Of a stretch of 64,000 nucleotides of DNA, positions 39,284 to 47,795 are shown one piece after another. The DNA is from a virus. Lineage: Duplodnaviria > Caudoviricetes. The notes under the pieces were generated by a model, which saw nothing but the letters and a program-made list of their open reading frames with translations, was not told where the DNA came from and did no database searches. Numbering within the stretch: position 1 is the stretch's first letter; every line of letters begins with the position of its first letter. The stretch is taken from the IMG/VR virus record IMGVR_UViG_3300044627_003892; one strand, 5' to 3'. A program made the translations under genes and the position numbers.

Positions 39284-39589
39284 TTATTTCATTTTTTCCC
39301 AAACCGCCTTACAAAAATTGGTTTCTCCGATATCAATCTTAATTGCAGTAACATAACCCTTTCCTCTTGCAATGTTACCTGTTTGTGATTGACAAGTCAT
39401 TTTATCAACACTTGATGGTGTTTTAATAAGACATATTTGGTTTTCAGGGTCAGTTAAATTTGATTTACACCATGTATCTTCTTCAGCCTTTTTTTCGATA
39501 ATTGCCTCAGATAATAATGGTCTTACATCACCAATGGTTGATTCCATTAAATTGAAAAATCTGTTTTTGTATTGTTCTATATTGTTCAT
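39284..39589 (-). CDS. Hypothetical protein with MNNIEQYKNRF leader
   Basis: Start moved to 39589; Cys-containing C-terminal domain. Confidence 0.7.
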   Translation of the reverse strand: MNNIEQYKNRFFNLMESTIGDVRPLLSEAIIEKKAEEDTWCKSNLTDPENQICLIKTPSSVDKMTCQSQTGNIARGKGYVTAIKIDIGETNFCKAVWEKMK

Positions 39590-39611
39590 AATAATAAATA
39601 TATCATAAAAT

Positions 39612-39650
39612 AAAAAAGGGGTAGGGGGGATTGGGACAACGGGAAAAAAA
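39612..39650 (+). repeat. G-tract intergenic element, copy 1 of 3
   Basis: AAAAAA-GGGG-TA-GGGGGG-ATT-GGG-ACAAC-GGG-AAAAAAA. Confidence 0.85.
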
Positions 39651-39654
39651 TATT

Positions 39655-39966
39655 TTATACAAAAATAACATCCCACACCGCAGTGGAATCTCCGTTTTTG
39701 TCTTTAGGAAATAATAATGTAAACATGGTTCCAATCTTTTCTTCAATATCTGAACCCTCATCATAAGCGTGATAACTACGACCACCTGTATTTAGTATAA
39801 TTTGATATACAGGATATGTATCATTTCTAAATTTCCAATTTTTTGTTTTTATCTCAACATCACCATTAAACCATTCGTATTCAGATAATAAGTTCTCAAC
39901 ATAATCCTTTAAGAAATTAACTTTCCTCATTTGTAAATTCTGAGACTCGGTGATAATGTATTTCAT
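39655..39966 (-). CDS. Hypothetical protein with MKYIITESQ leader
   Basis: 103 aa. Confidence 0.7.
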   Translation of the reverse strand: MKYIITESQNLQMRKVNFLKDYVENLLSEYEWFNGDVEIKTKNWKFRNDTYPVYQIILNTGGRSYHAYDEGSDIEEKIGTMFTLLFPKDKNGDSTAVWDVIFV

Positions 39967-39979
39967 ATTCTACCTAATA

Positions 39980-40687
39980 TTATTTAGCCCTTTTCACCCT
40001 TTTTTCAGGAGGTCTTACAAATTTAATATTATTTATTTCTTCCCAGTTCTCAATAAATTGTCTTGCAACTGTTTCAGGAATTCGTTTATCCATTAAATGT
40101 TTAATTGCGTCTTGAATTAATGTGTTTCTTGGGTCATCAAAATTTTTCAATTCAGAGTCAACCAATTTAGCCATTCTTGAATCTTTTAATTTTTTAGGTA
40201 GTGGTTTAGTACCAATCTTATGTGGTATTCTTGTTAATAAGTTTGTTCCTACTAATGCGGCGGTAATTATACCAGCAACCATTGCGCTATCAATGTCTTG
40301 GTGTTGTGGATTCAAGGTATTAATAGTAACCGCTCCTGTCATAAGAGACAATACTGTAGTTGCAAATCGTGTGATTATTTTTGTAAGCTCAAGTTTATTT
40401 TTTTCAGCTTCGGTATCAACAGTAATACCCCTTCTAGAAAAACCTATTGATTCACTAACCGTATCACCTTCAATAACACTATCAACAACATCTTCAGCAA
40501 CGTCTTTAAATTCATCTTCCCCAATAGAGTTATATAGTTTACCAAGAGTTAATAAATCTTCTTTTGATATGTTATTAAGAATTATATTGGTTACCTCGTC
40601 AGTTATTTGTTGTTCCTCGTTTTCACGAATAATACGTTTAACAATTCTTGTCAAATCAGATTCAGTTAATCTTACAATCTTTTTCAT
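39980..40687 (-). CDS. Membrane protein with MKKIVRLTESDL leader
   Basis: Two TM helices; start moved to 40687. Confidence 0.7.
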   Translation of the reverse strand: MKKIVRLTESDLTRIVKRIIRENEEQQITDEVTNIILNNISKEDLLTLGKLYNSIGEDEFKDVAEDVVDSVIEGDTVSESIGFSRRGITVDTEAEKNKLELTKIITRFATTVLSLMTGAVTINTLNPQHQDIDSAMVAGIITAALVGTNLLTRIPHKIGTKPLPKKLKDSRMAKLVDSELKNFDDPRNTLIQDAIKHLMDKRIPETVARQFIENWEEINNIKFVRPPEKRVKRAK

Positions 40688-40710
40688 ATTACAATAAATA
40701 TATACCAAAT

Positions 40711-40736
40711 AAAAAACCCCTCACATCGGAGGGGTT
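40711..40736 (-). terminator. Intrinsic terminator
   Basis: AAAAAACCCCTC-ACATCG-GAGGGGTT. Confidence 0.75.
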
Positions 40737-40759
40737 GTATAATTTAATATTGTTTTACA

Positions 40760-41140
40760 TCACCAACGTCTTGGATTAAACCATCCGAGATGTCTACCGG
40801 TTTCCTTAAAGCTTTGACGATTATCATCTTCTTCTTCATCTTCTTTACCAAGAAGGACATAATTCAACTCGTCAAGAACTGTATATTTATCAACCTCCTC
40901 ATCATTAACATTCAAAAAGATATCACGTCCAAGATATTTCATCAACGGGGTACCTCCTTCAACATGCTCATTATATAACTCAATAATACTCTGTGGTGAA
41001 GCCGTTTCACCAACTTTATTTCTAACACCCTTAAATCCGGCAGATATGAAAATATCTTTTTCTTCATACCTATTTTCCTTAACAACTCTTTTAACTATTT
41101 TAACCAAATCTGATTCAGTTAATGTTATAACTTTTTTCAT
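40760..41140 (-). CDS. Hypothetical protein with MKKVITLTESDL leader
   Basis: 126 aa. Confidence 0.7.
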   Translation of the reverse strand: MKKVITLTESDLVKIVKRVVKENRYEEKDIFISAGFKGVRNKVGETASPQSIIELYNEHVEGGTPLMKYLGRDIFLNVNDEEVDKYTVLDELNYVLLGKEDEEEDDNRQSFKETGRHLGWFNPRRW

Positions 41141-41172
41141 ATTAATATTTTATAATAAATACATCCCAAAAC

Positions 41173-41211
41173 AAAAAAGGGGGTAGGGGGATTGGAACAA
41201 CGGAAAAAAAA
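41173..41211 (+). repeat. G-tract intergenic element, copy 2 of 3
   Basis: AAAAAA-GGGGG-TA-GGGGG-ATT-GG-AACAAC-GG-AAAAAAAA. Confidence 0.85.
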
Positions 41212-41230
41212 TTTTAAAATATTTATATAT

Positions 41231-41602
41231 ATGAACCTACATGAAAGCATCCAAAGAATTAAAGTATTAATGGAATCTAAGTCAGAATTTAATTATGCTG
41301 ACAAAAATGATTTAAATATCGTTAGAGAAGATAACTACCTTAACAAGTACTATGAAAATATAGATATGTTAGAAACTGAAGATGGAGATGTTTATTTAAA
41401 ACATGAAGATTTCCATAATAATTTCATTAAGTTAGATGATTTAATCAGAGACTACAGATGGAGCTCATATGGTCCACAATACGAGGACGAAATAAAATTG
41501 GCCATCGGTATACACAAAGAAGAAAAAGAATTTATTACTAACTTTCTGTTAGGAACAAAATACGAATATCTAATTCCACATATTCTTAAGCAAAAACCTT
41601 AA
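41231..41602 (+). CDS. Hypothetical protein with MNLHESIQRIK leader
   Basis: Start moved to 41231, after TATTTAT. Confidence 0.7.
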   Translation: MNLHESIQRIKVLMESKSEFNYADKNDLNIVREDNYLNKYYENIDMLETEDGDVYLKHEDFHNNFIKLDDLIRDYRWSSYGPQYEDEIKLAIGIHKEEKEFITNFLLGTKYEYLIPHILKQKP

Positions 41603-41608
41603 AAATTT

Positions 41609-42073
41609 TTATAAATTCACAACAAGGTCATCCATTCCTTCAATAATAATTCCACATTCAGAGTAGAACTCATAATTACATTTGCCAGTGTTTTTGGCTC
41701 TAATCGTAATTAGAGAATGTTCATCTTCGGATAAAGAAACAGTAGAGGCATATTTTTTACATAACAACACAAAATCATTCAAACTAATCTCAGGATTATT
41801 ACTTAACTCTTCCATAATATATCCCATAGCAATCTTTCGGGGAATGTAGTGGTCCTTTACAACTTTAACCCCATTAACCTTTGCTCCATTTGAGGATAAA
41901 CCTGTTTCCCAAAACTTGGTATTGGTTAAATCAAATAATGGGTTTCGGTTTCTAGACAAGAACATATCATACAATTCATCATTGTCCTTAACTTCCAAAT
42001 ATCGTGGGATAAGACATACAAAATCTTTTAATGTCTCATTACACTTAACCAATTGTTTATTTGTTAATTTCAT
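41609..42073 (-). CDS. Hypothetical protein
   Basis: Start moved to 42073; TATATTTG promoter upstream; DHYIP motif. Confidence 0.65.
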   Translation of the reverse strand: MKLTNKQLVKCNETLKDFVCLIPRYLEVKDNDELYDMFLSRNRNPLFDLTNTKFWETGLSSNGAKVNGVKVVKDHYIPRKIAMGYIMEELSNNPEISLNDFVLLCKKYASTVSLSEDEHSLITIRAKNTGKCNYEFYSECGIIIEGMDDLVVNL

Positions 42074-42087
42074 ATTGCAAATATAAT

Positions 42088-42127
42088 AAAAAAGGGGGTA
42101 GGGGGATTGGAACAACGGAAAAAAAAA
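42088..42127 (+). repeat. G-tract intergenic element, copy 3 of 3
   Basis: Same core as 41173-41211. Confidence 0.85.
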
Positions 42128-42610
42128 TTATTTTTTCACATAATCCAATTTATTACTTTTATCCCGATTATCCTTTTTCCATAAGGGCTGTATATTCATA
42201 TAATGAGAATTTTTCTCATACTCATTCTGATTCTCAGATTTACCTAAAGGAAATATATGGTCGGTCTCCCACTCCCTATAGTTATCCCAATTCATCCCAT
42301 CAACAAATTGTTTCTCCAAATGTTCCTTCAATACAATGGCGTCGCATCCAATAATATCCTCATACGTTTTTTCACTTGACTTTGTATAATCATATTTCCT
42401 AAAGTCCTCTTTGATTCTACCCTTTAAGGTTAACAGGATTTTATAATGGGGTTCAATTTCCTTTCTTTTCTTCCGTATCTCAACTCTAGATTTTTTGGCA
42501 CATTCTTTACATTTAGAAGATACTTTATTTTTAGCAAAATAATATTCCGACCTAGGTTTGTTTTCACCACATACATAACAAACTTTTAATTCATCCAATC
42601 TATGACCCAT
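42128..42610 (-). CDS. HNH-type endonuclease with N-terminal zinc finger
   Basis: CYVCG...CKEC; NWDNYREWETDHIFPL...HYMNIQPLWKKDNRDKSNK. Confidence 0.8.
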   Translation of the reverse strand: MGHRLDELKVCYVCGENKPRSEYYFAKNKVSSKCKECAKKSRVEIRKKRKEIEPHYKILLTLKGRIKEDFRKYDYTKSSEKTYEDIIGCDAIVLKEHLEKQFVDGMNWDNYREWETDHIFPLGKSENQNEYEKNSHYMNIQPLWKKDNRDKSNKLDYVKK

Positions 42611-42615
42611 AAAAA

Positions 42616-43116
42616 TTATTTTTTCCCAAAGATATTCATAAACTCTTTCTCGTAATCACGTCTCTCAACCTTAACAGTATTTACATGAAACTTAACAAAC
42701 TTAACGTCAGTATATATCATAGGAAATGACATGTTGATTTTATCACCCAACTTCTCAGGAGATAATACCTCACTTGAATCCCAATTGTATCTAACATCAA
42801 CATATACCAAATACGTTGGGGTAGATTCAAAACTATCAACAGTATATGTAAATTTAGTTTCAAACTTATTAATAACAATTGAATTAATACCAGGTAAACT
42901 CTTCTTAAGGACCTTGAATAATAATTCAGGAAAAACAAATTCACCATCCTTATTATACGTTCTGTTGTTCATTGAAGAACCACGATAATCACCATCAAGA
43001 TACGGATTAACAGTTATTCCTCCATTAGTTACACGATAATTACCATAATCCCTTGTTAACAAAACATTATCTCCTAAAATATTCATCACACTAATATTTT
43101 CTTCTTCAGGTTCCAT
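42616..43116 (-). CDS. Hypothetical protein
   Basis: 166 aa. Confidence 0.65.
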   Translation of the reverse strand: MEPEEENISVMNILGDNVLLTRDYGNYRVTNGGITVNPYLDGDYRGSSMNNRTYNKDGEFVFPELLFKVLKKSLPGINSIVINKFETKFTYTVDSFESTPTYLVYVDVRYNWDSSEVLSPEKLGDKINMSFPMIYTDVKFVKFHVNTVKVERRDYEKEFMNIFGKK

Positions 43117-43165
43117 ATATATTTTTTTTACAAAGATAAAACAATAATACTAATTTACCAAAAGA

Positions 43166-43408
43166 TTATTTAACATCAGAAAATGAATCCGTATTAATAA
43201 ACTCAGATTCCAAATGACCAATAATATCCCTAAGAGTCTGACCCTGTAACTCAGGGGTTTCCCTACTACGAATAGATAAAGCAAGACCTCCACACAATAC
43301 AGACATAATATCATCCATATTCATACCCTTCATGGCCATTATGTTATAAAAAAACTTATTGTCCTTTAATGTTACATCCACAGTAACTGATAATCTCTCT
43401 TCTTCCAT
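43166..43408 (-). CDS. Hypothetical protein
   Basis: 80 aa. Confidence 0.65.
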   Translation of the reverse strand: MEEERLSVTVDVTLKDNKFFYNIMAMKGMNMDDIMSVLCGGLALSIRSRETPELQGQTLRDIIGHLESEFINTDSFSDVK

Positions 43409-43429
43409 ATATTAATAATAAAATAAAAA

Positions 43430-43680
43430 ACCCAATTTTCCAAAAAATTTCCCAAAATTTATTTTTTATATATAGGGAACATTTTAAAACAAAGGGTCGC
43501 TTTTCTAAAAAATTTTTCCAGGATTTTTTTGAGGGGATTATCCCCCCTTCTGACCCAAAAAACCCCCTGTGAAAGGGGGGATACGGGAGGGGGTACCCCA
43601 TAGGTAGGGGTATAGGAGGGGGTAGTAGGGGGTGTTGATAACTTTTAATAAGTATCCCCTCCCCTTTACATTAGGTCACA
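43430..43680. other. Non-coding low-complexity block: phased A/T tracts followed by a dense G-tract cluster
   Basis: aaaaa-ttt-cc repeats at 43426-43520; seven G3-G6 runs at 43575-43632. Confidence 0.7.
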
Positions 43681-43765
43681 TCCTTTTACCACTGCTACTA
43701 TGGTAACCATTAGTAGACAGTATAGGATGATAGCTTGATTGGGTGTGATGGTAAATCGTTTCATA

Positions 43766-43954
43766 TTATCTTCTGTGTTTCTTAGGGGTACACTGATGTT
43801 GTAGTTGGCTCTTCCCCTTGTTCACACGTTTAGTTTGTTTATACATCTTCTGTTGTGTGTTAGAATGTTTCTTGTAGTTGTACCCACGTTGTGGGGTAGA
43901 ACAAGATGTTAGTATAACGACTAACATGATTAGGGGTAATATATATTTCTTCAT
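43766..43954 (-). CDS. Small basic lipoprotein
   Basis: MKKYILPLIMLVVILTSC lipobox; TATATTTG promoter upstream. Confidence 0.65.
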   Translation of the reverse strand: MKKYILPLIMLVVILTSCSTPQRGYNYKKHSNTQQKMYKQTKRVNKGKSQLQHQCTPKKHRR

Positions 43955-43999
43955 AATGTATAGACTACAAATATAGTTCAAAGGTTTCTTATATACAAA

Positions 44000-44302
44000 T
44001 TATTTCTTAGACAAATCAAGTAGTATGATTGGTAGTCTATCTTTATCTACATATGACAACACATCATCGTAGTCAGATAGTTTAATCCAATCACCTTGGT
44101 CACCCCACCATGCCGCTACCTCGAATGTATCAACTCCATCACCACGTAACATATTCATCCCACCGACAATAGATTGAAGACCACCACCTACAATAGATAC
44201 TGTGATATTGTTGGGGAGTGTAAGTAATCCTTGTACCGCACCCTTTACCACGTTGTGGGGTTTGAAGTCAAAGTCTTTAATGGTATATATCTTCTGTCTC
44301 AT
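44000..44302 (-). CDS. Hypothetical protein
   Basis: 100 aa; TATATTTG promoter upstream. Confidence 0.7.
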   Translation of the reverse strand: MRQKIYTIKDFDFKPHNVVKGAVQGLLTLPNNITVSIVGGGLQSIVGGMNMLRGDGVDTFEVAAWWGDQGDWIKLSDYDDVLSYVDKDRLPIILLDLSKK

Positions 44303-44629
44303 TACTACAAATATAAGATAATATCTTGGGGAAATATATTTGTTTATTTAAAAAATCCGCCGTAACTTAGCTTGGTGCTTTATATGTTTTTTTTTTATAA
44401 CAAGAGCGTCAACACAAAGATACGGCGAAGAAAGTTAATATCCTAATTTTTTATTAATTATTTTTGTTGTAACTTAGCCCCGTAAGTGTACCTTATAACG
44501 ATAAGGGGATAAAGGGCTGGCACGGTTAATGCTTGGAGTGTGTACTCCACCCTGCTTTTAAAAAAAAAGAAGATTTTTCTTGTGGGGGAAGAAAATTGTT
44601 GTATATTTGTAGAACAATAAACAACCACT

Positions 44630-45052
44630 ATGAAAATCACCCAAGACAAACTATCAACCAAATTGTTAATGAGATTCATCAAGAAGCAAAACCTTGTTGT
44701 TATGACTGACACATGGAACCACTTCGGTGAGGTATCGGTTCGTATTGTATCTGTGGGTGAGACAGACAAGTGGAATTGGAACACCAACTCTTATGGTCGT
44801 GTGATTAACATAGAGGTAACCCTAAAGAGAGAAGGTCACCGTTACGCTGAGTCATCAATCCCAAGTGTTAACTCTTGGCGTAGTCATCACAGAGCAAGTT
44901 ACTTCAAGAGCAGAAAGTGGTCAGCTAACAATGGGGCACAGAAACTAATCAACAACACAATCATCCCCACGTTCTTCAAAGCAGCTTGTATCTCATTACC
45001 AAGACACACTGACGAAATCATCGGAAACATCACCTACAAATTTATTGACTAA
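44630..45052 (+). CDS. Hypothetical protein
   Basis: 140 aa; TATATTTG at 44602-09. Confidence 0.7.
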   Translation: MKITQDKLSTKLLMRFIKKQNLVVMTDTWNHFGEVSVRIVSVGETDKWNWNTNSYGRVINIEVTLKREGHRYAESSIPSVNSWRSHHRASYFKSRKWSANNGAQKLINNTIIPTFFKAACISLPRHTDEIIGNITYKFID

Positions 45053-45053
45053 T

Positions 45054-45440
45054 ATGAAACTCAAAGATAGATTAGATACATACACAACCACCGAACTTCG
45101 TAAGATGGGGTTACAACTTATAACCATAGTTAGAAAGACACTCGGTCATGGAAACAAACCATCCCCGAAACTGAAAATTAGAAATGGGTTAACAAACCTC
45201 TATGGTCAATACGATTATGAAGCATTAGTTATCAACCCATCCACATGTGAGACTGTTGATAAGTTTGTAAAAACAATCATACACGAATACACCCACCACA
45301 TACAAAAAGGTATCAAACGTAACTACGCATCATCACAATCAAAACATGGTTATTGGAACTGTCCCTTTGAAGTGGAAGCTCGGGGGAATGAAACAAAGTA
45401 CAAGAGTATTGTATGGAAACAATTTAAACAAATCCCTTAA
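45054..45440 (+). CDS. HExxH metallopeptidase-like protein
   Basis: KTIIHEYTHHIQ...YWNCPFEVEAR. Confidence 0.65.
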   Translation: MKLKDRLDTYTTTELRKMGLQLITIVRKTLGHGNKPSPKLKIRNGLTNLYGQYDYEALVINPSTCETVDKFVKTIIHEYTHHIQKGIKRNYASSQSKHGYWNCPFEVEARGNETKYKSIVWKQFKQIP

Positions 45441-45720
45441 CATGGTTGTCCAAAATACGTATTGGATTTTCCTGACCCTTGAATAACTCCATGAACTCAG
45501 GGGTAAGTGAATACAATGTTAATATCTTCATGTCCCCTTGGTATGTAGATGATGCTTTCCTATACTCCATCTTACCCACCTTTTCCCCATTATAATATAG
45601 GGTCACAGCAACAACATCCCGTAAAGGGTCAGTTATAACCCTTACATTTTTCAGTATGTCAGTTATTGAAATGGGGTTAGACATATCGTCAGGGGGAATT
45701 GTTGATAAATTATTATTCAT
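45424..45720 (-). CDS. Hypothetical protein
   Basis: 98 aa; TATTTAT-type motif upstream. Confidence 0.55.
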   Translation of the reverse strand: MNNNLSTIPPDDMSNPISITDILKNVRVITDPLRDVVAVTLYYNGEKVGKMEYRKASSTYQGDMKILTLYSLTPEFMELFKGQENPIRILDNHVKGFV

Positions 45721-46476
45721 TTTTTCTTGATTTTGTCAAAATGTCAGTTGAGTGTCAGATGGGGGATAATCCCCTTGACGGGTTTTAGTCATATTAACAA
45801 CTATAAATATAGTGTATATTATGTATATTGTCCATAGGTAAATGTTCCCACTTTTTACCACTGACGTATGTGTAGTGAGGGTTTTTGGTTATATGAAAAG
45901 TGAAAAAAGTGGTCCTCCTGATAGTGTGAGAAGGGTTTTTTTAACTATATACATTTTCCAGATAAAAATAGGATGTAACAATAAAGTGGCGTGGACAGAC
46001 TTTAGTTGTTTAAATCCTTCAACGAAAAGTGTATTTCATTGTGTCTTCAAGGGGGTTTTTAAGATTTCCCCTTACCATATAGACACATGATATCGACAAT
46101 TATAGTGGTGGTAAAAAGTGGGACATATGTTTCATATCACTATAGTCAGGTTAAACCTGACATAACAGATATGTTTCGTATTGTCCCCTTCACATTCCAC
46201 CATATATTTTATACCCTAACAGGTATACTCATATCATCTTATATACCCTTTAGGGTATTTCATTATCCCGATGGGGTACAATACCATTAACAGTAATATG
46301 TTATGTCCCTTCATAGTGTGTGTCTTTCATTATGGGGAATTATTATAGATTAGTGTTGTACGTTAATTATAGATTCATACAATAGGGGAAATTAGGAAGT
46401 AAATAAAGGAATGGACCCATTAGTGTAATGACCCGAAGGGGAATGGAACGACACGATAGTGGAATGGGGGAATGAG

Positions 46477-46508
46477 TTTGTTTAATTCATAATTTCTTAT
46501 TATATTTG
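46477..46508 (+). promoter_or_regulatory. Bacteroidota sigma-A promoter of the array-bearing gene
   Basis: TTTG(46477-80)-N20-TATATTTG(46501-08), ATG at 46513. Confidence 0.75.
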
Positions 46509-46512
46509 TACT

Positions 46513-47307
46513 ATGGTTATTACAGATAGATTAAAACAAATTATTTTTAAACACCTATATAGAGAGTTAGGTGATTGTGAGATTATTCCTTATAATGGGT
46601 CTATATGGTTCATTAATAGGGATAATAAACATTGGTACTTTGAACTTGATGAGTCAGGTACTTTATGGTGGAGATACGATTTTTTTAATTCGTTTTTTCA
46701 AATATTCTCCATGAGTTCGGATGATTTTTGTCCTGTTCTATCTTCTTGGGTGGAAGAGGTCTTAAATCATAAGGTATCCACAACCCAGGATAGCCTGTGT
46801 AACGTATGTAAACTGGTGGAAGAGGTCTTAAATCATAAGGTATCCACAACCTTCATTCCACTTCCAATTACAACGGACAAGGTGGAAGATGTATTAAATC
46901 ATAAGGTATCCACAACGTGCGATGTTAAAGTTCGTGTTCCTTGGAAGGTGGAAGATGTATTAAGTCATAATGTTAAGGTGTCTACAACTACCATTCTCAA
47001 ATACCCCGAGCATTCATTGGTGGAAAAGGTCTTAAATCATAAGGTATCCACAACCGATTCACTTGATTACGTTGGAAGAATTGAGGTAGAAGAGGTATTA
47101 AATCATAGGGTATCTAGAACCTGCCAAACAAGCGTTTATTGTGATAGGACGGTGGAAGAGGTCTTAAATCATAAGGTATCCACAACGCAGAATTTGAATT
47201 ATGTCGGCCAAGGACTGGTGGAAGATGTATTAAATCATAAGGTATCTACAACGGAATCGTATTTTGGACCCTTCACAAGAGGGGTGGAAGAGGTATTAAA
47301 TCAATAA
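46513..47307 (+). CDS. Array-bearing protein A: conserved ~80-aa N-domain plus 8 units of VEEVLNHKVSTT + 10 variable aa
   Basis: Uninterrupted ORF through a repeat-spacer array; N-domain paralogous to 54010, 54632 and 55230. Confidence 0.85.
   Translation: MVITDRLKQIIFKHLYRELGDCEIIPYNGSIWFINRDNKHWYFELDESGTLWWRYDFFNSFFQIFSMSSDDFCPVLSSWVEEVLNHKVSTTQDSLCNVCKLVEEVLNHKVSTTFIPLPITTDKVEDVLNHKVSTTCDVKVRVPWKVEDVLSHNVKVSTTTILKYPEHSLVEKVLNHKVSTTDSLDYVGRIEVEEVLNHRVSRTCQTSVYCDRTVEEVLNHKVSTTQNLNYVGQGLVEDVLNHKVSTTESYFGPFTRGVEEVLNQ
46749..47303 (+). CRISPR. CRISPR-like repeat-spacer array inside a CDS (8 full repeats + 1 partial, 8 spacers of 30 nt)
   Basis: Repeats start at 46749, 46815, 46881, 46947 (6-nt insertion), 47019, 47085, 47151, 47217, 47283; all spacers unique; no cas genes nearby. 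Confidence 0.6.
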
Positions 47308-47763
47308 TTAGTTATTCTCTAAAGTACCTGTATAGAAATCTAATACCATATCAAAAATATCATCTAATACATCTTTTGGTAGTTCTTCATAAGACATATA
47401 ACTTTCATCTAAAATTTGTGAGTATTTATATCCACCATAATGAAACACTGTAACATCTTCTTTATTTATCATTTCTATTTGTGAAAGTTCACCGTCTTCA
47501 TCCTTGAGGACTATTGGGTTTTCATTCATATCCATTAGTACAATATATTCATCATCGGTTGTTTCTACTACTTCCTTAATAATCTTAATCTTATTGTTTG
47601 TTGTAAGGAACTCATCACCTAACACATTTATAAGGTATTCTATACCACCGAACATTTCTCCTGTCTTTAGTAACCCCGCCTGACTTGCGATAGTTAATAA
47701 CTTCATCTGTTTTACGGTGTATTCTTCCCTTAATATTCTTTTTATGTTTTGTTGTAGGTTCAT
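47308..47763 (-). CDS. Hypothetical protein with MNLQQNIKRILREE leader
   Basis: 151 aa. Confidence 0.7.
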   Translation of the reverse strand: MNLQQNIKRILREEYTVKQMKLLTIASQAGLLKTGEMFGGIEYLINVLGDEFLTTNNKIKIIKEVVETTDDEYIVLMDMNENPIVLKDEDGELSQIEMINKEDVTVFHYGGYKYSQILDESYMSYEELPKDVLDDIFDMVLDFYTGTLENN

Positions 47764-47795
47764 AATATTATAAATATAATTATATTTATTATCAT

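Noticed and set aside
42128-42610. Intron or intein context for the HNH genes (also 9873)
   Set aside because: The flanking genes are intact and no split gene or group I intron core is recognisable; treated as free-standing
43356-43601. ORF across the G-rich block, and ORF 44458-44787
   Set aside because: They arise from low-complexity non-coding DNA and have no promoter or plausible composition
46410-46470. REP-like imperfect hairpin (CCCATT...AATGGG with CGAAG loop)
   Set aside because: Single clear copy with imperfect pairing; cannot be told apart from an ordinary hairpin
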